From positions 120,968 to 184,967 of the forward strand of contig OZ123195.1 of the NCBI GenBank assembly GCA_964204605.1: a stretch of 64,000 nt of DNA, read 5' to 3'. The translations under genes were made by a program, and so were the position numbers. The notes beneath the pieces are model-generated. The model did not search any database, was not told the origin of the DNA, and saw nothing but the letters and a program-made list of their open reading frames with translations. The stretch comes from Bacteroidota bacterium. Its GTDB lineage: Bacteria; Bacteroidota; Ignavibacteria; Kapaibacteriales; UBA961. Below, piece after piece: positions 1-8,691 of this stretch (its first letter is position 1; each line of letters starts with the position of its first letter).

Positions 1-118
1 TACCTTTTTCTAATGCCTCTAAGATATTGAGTCTAATAGTAGTAGCACGAGAAACCTCTGCAAGTGTAAGATTTAATTCTTCACGTCTAGAACGAAGTAT
101 GGTGCCTAATTGACTCAT
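1..118 (-). CDS. Helix-turn-helix (XRE-type) protein, N-terminal fragment, RodZ-like; gene continues beyond the window start
   Basis: Reverse-strand ATG at 116-118. My translation MSQLGTILRSRREELNLTLAEVSRATTIRLNILEALEKG looks like an HTH_XRE/RodZ N-terminus. Absent from the ORF track because it runs off the edge. Confidence 0.55.
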   Translation of the reverse strand, partial: MSQLGTILRSRREELNLTLAEVSRATTIRLNILEALEKG

Positions 119-292
119 TGAATGCGAGATAATTAAAATAAATTTTTACAAAAATAATGATTTGCCTTGTAATTATTTATTCTTATTTGGTTTATTTGAT
201 TCAAGAATATGATTAAGATGTGATTTACCAATAAAATCATAATATTAGTGTAAATTTACACGAAAAATTATGATATATAATGCAGTTAACTC

Positions 293-847
293 ATGTATTT
301 TGATAAAATAATTTTCTTATATGCCCTCTATGTAGCTTTTGCTTATTCAATTCTAGCATTCGGTGCAACCTATTTTAGAGAAGTAGCAGATAGAGAAAAA
401 ACACTTGATATTGATATTGGTGAAACTCTGATATATGCAATCAATGCTTCCTCTTATGTGGTAAGCATTATATTCTTGTTGTTTTTCATTATTTTTGCAT
501 TCTTATCTTTATTACAAAAAAGTCCATCAGTAATAACATATGTAATACCCTTAGCAATCTTTGTAAATACATTACAAATTCTTATAAGATCATCATTCCA
601 AAAAACAGCCATCTGTGTTAATGGAATTCAATTGCGTTATATGTTAATAGGTGGCATTAATCGATTAAAGTATAATTCTTTAACTAATATTCAGATAGAA
701 CCTTTTTTTGTATGGTATAAGGTGATATTATTTTGTGAGCATGTTAAAAGTGGACATTGCTATATCAATAGAGAACAGTTAGACATATTAATGAATCAGA
801 TTAATAATTATCCATCATGTACCATAACACACAAGACAAAAGCTTAA
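293..847 (+). CDS. Hypothetical integral membrane protein, about 3 TM helices plus a small C-terminal soluble domain
   Basis: 184-aa ORF with hydrophobic segments (IIFLYALYVAFAYSILAF, VVSIIFLLFFIIFAFLSLL, VIPLAIFVNTLQILI). No recognisable catalytic motif. Confidence 0.5.
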   Translation: MYFDKIIFLYALYVAFAYSILAFGATYFREVADREKTLDIDIGETLIYAINASSYVVSIIFLLFFIIFAFLSLLQKSPSVITYVIPLAIFVNTLQILIRSSFQKTAICVNGIQLRYMLIGGINRLKYNSLTNIQIEPFFVWYKVILFCEHVKSGHCYINREQLDILMNQINNYPSCTITHKTKA

Positions 848-863
848 TCATAGGCAAATATAT

Positions 864-2225
864 ATGAAAAAGAATGTAATTAAAATCGCATCCGGACAAG
901 GCTTTTGGGGAGATTTATTATCAGCTCCTTTGACGCAGGTGTCTAAAGGTGATATAGATTATCTTATGCTTGATTATCTAGCTGAAGTAACTATGTCAAT
1001 ATTGCAAAAGCAAAAAATGAAGAATCCAGAAGCTGGTTATGCAAAGGATCTTATTCAAACTTGCGAAGATGTATTGCCATTTATTATGCAAAAAGGAATC
1101 AAGTTAATTACCAATGGTGGTGGAGTAAACCCAGAAGCTGCAATGGAAGCAGTTTTTGGTATTGCAAAAAAACTTGGCATAACAGGTTTGAAAATAGGTA
1201 TCGTAACTGGTGATAATATACTCATGAATATTGATGGCCTTATTCAAAATGGTAATTCCATGAATAATATGGAAACTGGCCAACCTATATCAGAAGTGAA
1301 GCACAAATTGCTTAGTGCAAATGTGTACTTTGGTGCTTTACCGATTGTTGAAGCTTTGAAGGCTGGGGCGGATATCGTTATCACTGGTAGAACTACCGAT
1401 ACAGGACTAACACTTGCTCCTATGATATATGAATTTGGTTGGAGCTTCTCTGATTGGGATAAATTGGCAGCTGGAACAGTCGCCGGCCATATCAATGAAT
1501 GTGGCGCCCAGGCAAGTGGCGGCAACTTTTTAGGTGATTGGGAATCATTGCCAGATATGGCAAATGTTGGTTTCCCAATTATCGAAGCTTATGATGATGG
1601 TTCTTTTATTGTTACAAAGCACGAGGGAACTGGCGGTGCCGTAACTAGAGAAACCGTAAGTGAACAATTAATGTATGAAATAGGTAATCCAGCAGAATAT
1701 ATAACACCAGATTGTATTGCTGATTTTACATCTATAAAGTTAGAAGATGAAGGAAATAATCGTGTTAAAGTGTATGGTATAACAGGACAACCTGCTACTG
1801 ACTTTTATAAAGTTTCCGCTTCTTATTCTGACGGATATGTAGCATTTAGTTCTTTAACCTATTGTGCCCCTGATGCATATAAAAAAGCACAGTTTGCAGA
1901 TTCAATACTAAGAAAAAGACTAGAGCAATTAGGACTACAATTTGATGAAATTAGAACAGAATATATTGGTATGAATGCTTGTCATGGGCCAATAGCAAAA
2001 GTTATTGAACCTAATGAAGTGATGATGAGAATTGGTGTAAGATCAAGAGATTATGCCTCTGTAGAAAGATTTGGTAAAGAAATAGCCCCTTTAATTTTAA
2101 CAGGACCACCTAGTGTTACAGGTTTTGCAGGTGGAAGGCCCAAACCAAGTGATGTTGTAGCATATTTTCCAGCATTATTAAAGAAGGATACGGTTAGCCA
2201 CTTAGTTTCTGTTAAATCGATATGA
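864..2225 (+). CDS. AtuA-like (DUF1446) family protein
   Basis: 453 aa. N-terminus IKIASGQGFWGDLLSAP...DYLMLDYLAEVTMSIL and internal ITGRTTDTGL...GHINECGAQASGGNF are typical of the DUF1446/AtuA family. Confidence 0.7.
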   Translation: MKKNVIKIASGQGFWGDLLSAPLTQVSKGDIDYLMLDYLAEVTMSILQKQKMKNPEAGYAKDLIQTCEDVLPFIMQKGIKLITNGGGVNPEAAMEAVFGIAKKLGITGLKIGIVTGDNILMNIDGLIQNGNSMNNMETGQPISEVKHKLLSANVYFGALPIVEALKAGADIVITGRTTDTGLTLAPMIYEFGWSFSDWDKLAAGTVAGHINECGAQASGGNFLGDWESLPDMANVGFPIIEAYDDGSFIVTKHEGTGGAVTRETVSEQLMYEIGNPAEYITPDCIADFTSIKLEDEGNNRVKVYGITGQPATDFYKVSASYSDGYVAFSSLTYCAPDAYKKAQFADSILRKRLEQLGLQFDEIRTEYIGMNACHGPIAKVIEPNEVMMRIGVRSRDYASVERFGKEIAPLILTGPPSVTGFAGGRPKPSDVVAYFPALLKKDTVSHLVSVKSI

Positions 2226-3013
2226 TATATGACGCAGGAAGTCTGACTAAAGATTTACACATTAAGTGCACAAGACAAGATGTACTTATAAGCATCATTA
2301 TTCCAGTATATCAAGAAGAAAAACTTCTTCCTAATACTCTTGCAGTATTTACCGATACTTTAAAGCAAAAGTATAAATTAGAGATTATAGTAAGTGATGG
2401 GGGAAGTACAGATGCTACTCTTGCAATAGCAAAAGGGTCTGCAGACATCATAGTGTGTCACACTGAAAATAGAAGGCAAACCATTGCAGAAGGAAGAAAT
2501 ATGGGGTCTTTAGTTGCAAATGGTGATATTATGGTATTCCTCAATGCGGATACAATTCCTGCCAATCCCGAAGAATTTCTAGAAACATTAAAAAAATGGA
2601 AAGATAAAGTGTATAAGCCATGTGCTATCGCTTGTCCAGTACAAATTAATCCGGAAAAAAGAAAATTTGCCGATACAATCTTTGCTTCTATTCTTAATTT
2701 TTATGTTGGATGTATGGTAAATGTTTTTGGATTTGGTATGGGTAGAGGAGAATGCCAAGTATTTGATAGGAAAGCTTTTATAGATATAGGGAGATATAAT
2801 GGATCTATACCAGCTGGAGAGGATTTCGAGATTTTACGTCGAGCATGTAAAATAGGTGGCTTAGTTTTTGAAAAGAAATTATTGGTATATGAATCTCCAA
2901 GACGTTTTAGAAGATATGGGTATATCAGAATATTAATGGAGTGGGCTGTAAATTGGTTCTGGGTAATTGCATTTGGTAAAGCCCGATCGAAAGATTGGGA
3001 AGCCATTAGATAG
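2222..3013 (+). CDS. Family 2 glycosyltransferase
   Basis: ISIIIPVYQEE...IIVSDGGSTDATLAIA...FLNADT matches the GT2 (GT-A fold) N-terminal signature. Its ATG overlaps the upstream stop (ATGA). Confidence 0.75.
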   Translation: MIYDAGSLTKDLHIKCTRQDVLISIIIPVYQEEKLLPNTLAVFTDTLKQKYKLEIIVSDGGSTDATLAIAKGSADIIVCHTENRRQTIAEGRNMGSLVANGDIMVFLNADTIPANPEEFLETLKKWKDKVYKPCAIACPVQINPEKRKFADTIFASILNFYVGCMVNVFGFGMGRGECQVFDRKAFIDIGRYNGSIPAGEDFEILRRACKIGGLVFEKKLLVYESPRRFRRYGYIRILMEWAVNWFWVIAFGKARSKDWEAIR

Positions 3014-4396
3014 CTAATTATTCCTACTGCTAAAATCAACAATAGATTGTCTAAGTTCTTCGCATTGCAACATATCTTCATAGTCATTATACACTTCCGA
3101 AAAAGCAGTTAATGTTAGTATTGCTGCCTCTTTGGTAGATGTTTTATCAATTGCTTGGCCTAATTTTCTTAGTATTTTTAAATCTCCTTTACAAGCTTTA
3201 GATGCATAATAAAGTTGCTTGTCTATAGGTATAGAGCCTAAAAATGAGCTTCTATACATAAGTGGATATGTATAAGATTCATCATTATGTAATGTACCAT
3301 GTTGTTCTAATAAAGTTGGAATTGACTTTTGTAGTCCATTTGCATTAGTGGGAGTATCAATATCTTGTAATAGAGTACTTTCAGAAAAAATGTCAATATT
3401 CTCAGTGTTATTGTTTTTGATCTGATCAATAAATGTATGCAAAGAAGGATGTGATTTGGTGATAAAGTTATGTCTTGAGATAAGGATTACCGTATTAGTT
3501 GATGCATCCATTGATTTGTGATATAAAGCTTCTAATTCTATATCTTGTTTGGTGCTGTCTGCAAGTGTTTGAAATTCAGCTGTTTGATTAGATGATTGGG
3601 AAATGGAATGAGATTCATATTCAGAAATAATACTACTTATAATTTCCGCTAGGGAATCTGAATTATATTGTTTTATGCCTTTTGATCGATACAACTCTTC
3701 GATTTTACTTGCCAAGGGGAATAATTCTTTATCTTCCAAGAACACAATTAAGGCTTCTGCTGGTATACACTTATCTGATTGACCGATATCTATGAAAAAC
3801 TGAAAAAGTGGATCTAATAATTCGATGAATCCTTGTGTTTGTAATAATCGAATATATTCATTATCAATATCTGTGATGATACTTTTGAAATCTTTTGCAG
3901 TAATCATATGTTCGGACAAATGCGATTCGCAGTTGTTATCTGCCCATGTTTTAAAGCCTGCCTCCAGATATGTATAAACAGAACATGCCGAAAAACGCAA
4001 TAAAATTTCATATACCGATTTTGTTGGTTCGCCTCTAAAAATAAAAGATCTTAAAGCAGTTCTTGGTCTGCACAGAAAATTGATATATGAATCTATACAG
4101 GAATCAATAAGATTTGCTTGATCTAAAGAATCAAATCTTGCTTGAACCTTGCAATAATTATCTAAGGTATGAAAATGTGTTAGTATATCTGGAATTGCCA
4201 AATCAAAGCGAGGATTATCTCTTCTTTTAACTTGTTCATAATAAATCCACCATTCTACTTCCGCATCGGCAAACTGTTTTACATGCTTTTTGATCGAATC
4301 ATCTTGTAAGATATCTCTTAAATACACATAGTTGCCATTTTGAGGCATACTTGCTGCAATGATTTTTTTATATGATTCTAAAGCATTATTAAACAT
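3014..4396 (-). CDS. Hypothetical protein, 460 aa, no recognisable domain
   Basis: Long uninterrupted ORF, 13 nt downstream of the HAD phosphatase gene on the same strand. No signal peptide, TM segment or known motif seen. Confidence 0.6.
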   Translation of the reverse strand: MFNNALESYKKIIAASMPQNGNYVYLRDILQDDSIKKHVKQFADAEVEWWIYYEQVKRRDNPRFDLAIPDILTHFHTLDNYCKVQARFDSLDQANLIDSCIDSYINFLCRPRTALRSFIFRGEPTKSVYEILLRFSACSVYTYLEAGFKTWADNNCESHLSEHMITAKDFKSIITDIDNEYIRLLQTQGFIELLDPLFQFFIDIGQSDKCIPAEALIVFLEDKELFPLASKIEELYRSKGIKQYNSDSLAEIISSIISEYESHSISQSSNQTAEFQTLADSTKQDIELEALYHKSMDASTNTVILISRHNFITKSHPSLHTFIDQIKNNNTENIDIFSESTLLQDIDTPTNANGLQKSIPTLLEQHGTLHNDESYTYPLMYRSSFLGSIPIDKQLYYASKACKGDLKILRKLGQAIDKTSTKEAAILTLTAFSEVYNDYEDMLQCEELRQSIVDFSSRNN

Positions 4397-4409
4397 AGTT
4401 ATACAGTAA

Positions 4410-5147
4410 TTATTCTTGTTCGAAAGCTTTTTGTCTATTTTTTTTTGCTATGTCTCTTTTTACTGGTTTTCTTTTTTTTAATACAGTAATGATATCAAAA
4501 AAGGTATGCCATGAATGATGGACTATTCCATTTTTATTACAAAATGCAGCTAATTTCCCTTTAGCAAATACCATATCTGCAAATGTAACAGGACATGTAT
4601 CAGAAAGGCCATCTCCGATATAAATAATGAGCGCATCTGGATGAACAGATGATAATACAATATTTCTTTTACAGGATGCACAAAAACAAGTGCAGGCTTC
4701 ATCAGCAAAAGGATAATGTGCCTTCCAATTTTGCGAAAGATTTAATCTAGATAGCGGTGATATGATATCATTAGCAAAAACATTGATTGAATTATTAGGT
4801 AAAATTCTCTGTAATATAGGGTCGATATAAGTTCTAAAGCCATCACTTACAATATGTAAATGCCATCCATAAGAATTGATTAATGATGCAAATTGAGGAA
4901 AATACATATCAGTTTCGCAAGCATCTGCAAAATCAACTATAGCTTGCTGATCAATATTGTGTTGTAGTTTATGAACAACTTCATTATAGTAAGAAGTAAC
5001 TGTAAAAAGTCCATCCATTAATTGAGAATGATATGGTTCAAAAACAGAAAACTGTTTAAAGAATTCATCCCCAGAATCTTTTTTTGTAATAGTACCATCA
5101 AAATCACAAAATACATGAACTTTCAAATGCTCATCTTGCATATACAA
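4410..5147 (-). CDS. HAD-superfamily subfamily IB phosphatase, MtnX/PHOSPHO-like
   Basis: HAD motif I (CDFDGTITKKD), motif IV (YIGDGLSDTCP) and the Cys cluster CTCFCASCKRN typical of the MtnX-like branch. Confidence 0.7.
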   Translation of the reverse strand: MYMQDEHLKVHVFCDFDGTITKKDSGDEFFKQFSVFEPYHSQLMDGLFTVTSYYNEVVHKLQHNIDQQAIVDFADACETDMYFPQFASLINSYGWHLHIVSDGFRTYIDPILQRILPNNSINVFANDIISPLSRLNLSQNWKAHYPFADEACTCFCASCKRNIVLSSVHPDALIIYIGDGLSDTCPVTFADMVFAKGKLAAFCNKNGIVHHSWHTFFDIITVLKKRKPVKRDIAKKNRQKAFEQE

Positions 5148-5149
5148 TC

Positions 5150-5998
5150 CTATTTGTATCCCGAAGCATAGGAATAGAACCCTTTACCAGCACTTTTACC
5201 AATCCATTTGGCTCGACAATATTGTCTTAGTATAATACATGGACGATATCTTTCCTGGCGATATTCACTATATAAAGAATCTAAAATAGCTAAGATGGTA
5301 TCTAGTCCAATTAGATCTGCCCATTCTAATAATCCTTTGGGATAATTAACACCATGTTTCATGGCTATATCGATATCTTGCGCAGTTGCAATTTTCTCTA
5401 GAAAAGCAAATGCTGCTTCATTGATAAGGGTGGCTAATACTCTTGGTAAAACCATCCCAACTCTATCTTCAACTATTTCGCAGGTATAATCAGCAGATGC
5501 AAAAAACATTTTAACTGCATCCAAACTTTGCTCGGATGCATTTAAGGCTTTGGCAATTTCCATTACAGATGCATCACCTGAATGGCTTGGCAGAAAAGCA
5601 AAACCTATTACTTGCCTACTATCCTGAAAATAACTCATTATTTCTGTTGCTGTACAAGCTAAAGAAGAAGAGAGAATAATTGCTTGAGGAAATTCTTCCG
5701 ATACTTCTAAAATCAGGGAAGCTTTATGATCTGCAGTAATAGCCTGACAATCAATGATAAAATCAGGAATAGAGGTAATATCCTGTACTCTAAATGCAAT
5801 GTGTTCCGTTAAAGGAATCATATGAACAGGAATAATAGGAGAATCACCGATAGAGAAAAGAGTAGGATCGTCAAAGGGGATATAAATAGTAAAAGGTATT
5901 GTCTTATCCCGAAGCCTTATAGCCATCTCAGCGGTAGATTTAGATCCGCCTATTAACAGAGCACTAGTTTTTTTATCTTGCAGAGAGTAAATTGCCAT
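5150..5998 (-). CDS. 3-hydroxyacyl-CoA dehydrogenase-family protein, probably catalytically degenerate
   Basis: The C-terminal domain is clearly the 3HCDH type (DIDIAMKHGVNYPKG...IGLD...RYRP...GKSAGKGFYSY). The GxGxxG loop is LIGGSKST, and the catalytic His position (MHFFNP) reads FAFLPS. Confidence 0.65.
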   Translation of the reverse strand: MAIYSLQDKKTSALLIGGSKSTAEMAIRLRDKTIPFTIYIPFDDPTLFSIGDSPIIPVHMIPLTEHIAFRVQDITSIPDFIIDCQAITADHKASLILEVSEEFPQAIILSSSLACTATEIMSYFQDSRQVIGFAFLPSHSGDASVMEIAKALNASEQSLDAVKMFFASADYTCEIVEDRVGMVLPRVLATLINEAAFAFLEKIATAQDIDIAMKHGVNYPKGLLEWADLIGLDTILAILDSLYSEYRQERYRPCIILRQYCRAKWIGKSAGKGFYSYASGYK

Positions 5999-6106
5999 GA
6001 GAAGCTAATAATAAAGTGTAGTAATTTCTAGTAAAATACGTTTATTTTAGGCCTTTGCCAAAAGTCAAATGAACCTTGTAGAATCAGTTAATGAATGTGA
6101 TCTAGA

Positions 6107-6982
6107 ATGAATAATTTAAAAAAAAGAGTCATAGTTGGATTTATAGGCATTCCTTTGATTATCTGGTTGATTATTCATGGTGGTTTACTTTTTTATATCC
6201 CTTTTACACTAGTTACATTAATTGCTTTAACAGAATTATATGCTTTATATGCAGCAAAGGGATTTAGGCCAAATAAGAGTATCGGAATAATTATTGGTTT
6301 TTTTTGGATGCTTTGCACCGCATATTATGAATCTATACCGGCACATTTTTATATACTGCTTTTATCAATTGCAGTACTTGCCACATTAATATCTGAACTC
6401 ATTATATCGTATAATAAACATGAATCAGTTCCTTCTGCTACTGTGGCAGCAACCTTAGGAGGAATTATATATGTACCAGTATTGATGTCATCATTATTTT
6501 TATTAAGAAATATTTCATCAGGTACATTCCCACATATAATGTCTTTTTTTGATTCAACAACTTTAGAACCAGGTGCTTTGATTGTTTTATTAGTATTTGT
6601 GGGAGTTTGGACAAGTGATTCATTTGCATATTTCGGGGGTATGCTTTTTGGAAAAACCCCTTTAATGCCTCATGTTAGCCCCAAGAAAACGGTAGAAGGT
6701 GCCATTATTGGCTTTATATGTTCGGTATTGTGCATGATGACATTTTCTTTTTTTTTAATGCCAAAGTTTCCTCTTCACATCATGTTGATTGGCTGCTTAT
6801 TATTAGCTATAGTAGCACCAATTGGTGATTTGGTAGAATCTTTATTAAAAAGGGATGCTCATATAAAGGATAGTTCAGGTATTTTGCCAGGCCATGGAGG
6901 ATTATTTGACAGATTTGATAGCTTTATTTTTGCTGCCCCATTCTTTTATATTTTTCTTATTATTATGAATGCAATGCATTAA
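6107..6982 (+). CDS. cdsA: Phosphatidate cytidylyltransferase
   Basis: Multi-TM protein carrying the CdsA signature SDSFAYFGGMLFGK...SPKKTVEGA...GDLVESLLKRD..KDSSGILPGHGGLFDRFDS. Confidence 0.85.
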   Translation: MNNLKKRVIVGFIGIPLIIWLIIHGGLLFYIPFTLVTLIALTELYALYAAKGFRPNKSIGIIIGFFWMLCTAYYESIPAHFYILLLSIAVLATLISELIISYNKHESVPSATVAATLGGIIYVPVLMSSLFLLRNISSGTFPHIMSFFDSTTLEPGALIVLLVFVGVWTSDSFAYFGGMLFGKTPLMPHVSPKKTVEGAIIGFICSVLCMMTFSFFLMPKFPLHIMLIGCLLLAIVAPIGDLVESLLKRDAHIKDSSGILPGHGGLFDRFDSFIFAAPFFYIFLIIMNAMH

Positions 6983-7764
6983 CTGCTTGCCCCATCATAT
7001 AAAGAAAGAGAGTACACAAAAAACCATCTAGAAAAAATCGCAAAAACACTTGTACTGATAATACATATTGACATAAGTTCTATGTCTGGTTCAGACCACA
7101 GCATTCTTGAAGGTACAGAAGCAATAATACTTATAGGAAAAACTGTTAGAAATATTCTTTGAATTCTCTTACTGTACATTCCATCTGGTTTTGTAGCAAT
7201 TTGATAAATAGTATGGAAAATATTCTGAATTCCAGAAGAATTAACGATGTGAAATGCACAAGACGCTACTATTGTTTCTAGACATAGCATAATGATAGAT
7301 CCACATATGCACATAGTAAACCAACTTATCCATTGAATAACAGATATATAGTTAGTTAGCATCGTAATGCCAGTAGAAAAAACGATAATACTCACTATAA
7401 AATTTAATATAGAAGCAATATTGGGGTAGCGAAAGAAAGCAAGAAAGAAGACAGATACAGGTTTTAACAGAAAAAAATCTAATTCACCAGTATTTATATA
7501 TGTGGGAAATTTCCAAAAATTAGTGGCAACCAACATCATATTGATTGAATCTACCATAAAAAGGGTGCCTAAAAACACATAAGCATGTGATTTGCTAAGA
7601 CCTGCAAAACCAGGTGTATACAAGAACATTACTTCAAAAAAAAGAATCTGTATAGAATACCAAGCAATATCAATTAAAAAATAGAAGAAGAAATGTCCGC
7701 GAAATTCTAATTCTCTTGCAAGACAATTCTTAAAGAAGGCAATCCATAAGCGTATTATTTGCAT
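6979..7764 (-). CDS. ABC-2 family transporter permease (ABC2_membrane_6/DUF990-like)
   Basis: ARELEFRGHFFFYFL...NTGELDFFLLKPV matches the conserved motifs of this permease family. About 6 TM segments. Confidence 0.7.
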   Translation of the reverse strand: MQIIRLWIAFFKNCLARELEFRGHFFFYFLIDIAWYSIQILFFEVMFLYTPGFAGLSKSHAYVFLGTLFMVDSINMMLVATNFWKFPTYINTGELDFFLLKPVSVFFLAFFRYPNIASILNFIVSIIVFSTGITMLTNYISVIQWISWFTMCICGSIIMLCLETIVASCAFHIVNSSGIQNIFHTIYQIATKPDGMYSKRIQRIFLTVFPISIIASVPSRMLWSEPDIELMSICIISTSVFAIFSRWFFVYSLSLYDGASS

Positions 7765-7768
7765 GATT

Positions 7769-8518
7769 TTATCGAATATCTGGCATATAATCTTTCATGG
7801 CTACGTATAAATCCCAAGTTGCTTGTACATCTCTTAAGCAATATTCTGCAATGGTAGTATATGATTGATGAGCATAAAGTTTACCAACTTTTGAGCCGTC
7901 TACGCCATCTGCCTTTGGTGATTCTACGCCAAATGCTTTTGCAGCAAAATCAAAATTGTATCTACGTGTAGCACCCGATTGCTGAGGACTAAAAAAACAT
8001 AATTCATCTAGTAAATCAGTATGAGAATCTTTATAGCTATATCTGGTGCCACTCATAAGATTATGCAAAGGTTTAACTTTTAATAAAGCTGACCTAAGCA
8101 TAATAAATGGAGCATCAAAACCCCTTCCATTAAAAGTTATTAAATGAGGTTGAGGATAGCTTGTTAATATTTTCCAAAAGCCCTCAATTAATGTTTTTTC
8201 AGAACAAAAAACAGACTTAATTCCATTAGGAAGTTCAATTGTTTGCATATTCCCATCAGCAATAGATGGGTCTACCATAAAAGCACCGTTTTTTAATTCT
8301 ACCCATAGATTCTCCTGCTTTTGCATGATCTTTACACCTAGGCAAACAATTTGACCAGTTAATGGCGATAATGCCATTTCGTTAATTTTTTTTTCCTGTA
8401 ATTCTTTGGTGTCTGCCCCACGAATAAGATATTCTTTTCGGGCTTCATCAAATGAATCAAAAGGTAATCCAATTGTTTCTATATCATAAGTGATATAAGT
8501 TTTTGTATAAGAACTCAT
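7769..8518 (-). CDS. DEDDy 3'-5' exonuclease related to the family-B DNA polymerase exonuclease domain
   Basis: ExoI YDIETIG, ExoII FNGRGFDAPF, ExoIII YCLRDVQAT. About 250 aa, as in COG3298-type proteins. Confidence 0.7.
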   Translation of the reverse strand: MSSYTKTYITYDIETIGLPFDSFDEARKEYLIRGADTKELQEKKINEMALSPLTGQIVCLGVKIMQKQENLWVELKNGAFMVDPSIADGNMQTIELPNGIKSVFCSEKTLIEGFWKILTSYPQPHLITFNGRGFDAPFIMLRSALLKVKPLHNLMSGTRYSYKDSHTDLLDELCFFSPQQSGATRRYNFDFAAKAFGVESPKADGVDGSKVGKLYAHQSYTTIAEYCLRDVQATWDLYVAMKDYMPDIR

Positions 8519-8691
8519 GCGATATCCATGTAAAAAAGTTTATACTAATTTAGTGAATTAAATAAGGTATATAAAGCTATATTAAAACCTGAAGAGTAAA
8601 ACAGTTAAAAATGAGTGAGTTGTCGATATTCGAATTCAAGAGAAAAGAGTATTTTTGAAATGCAGCATTATTCTATCCCAATTAATATATT

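Noticed and set aside
4437-4480. T9 and T8 homopolymer runs inside the 3' end of the HAD phosphatase gene as phase-variation switches
   Set aside because: They simply encode the Lys-rich C-terminal tail (KKRKPVKRDIAKKNRQK) in an AT-rich genome. There is no contingency-locus context.
8611-8658. 15-codon mini-ORF (MSELSIFEFKRKEYF) upstream of the PBP gene as a possible FtsL-like or leader peptide
   Set aside because: It is far too short for FtsL, has no TM segment, and there is no supporting attenuator structure.
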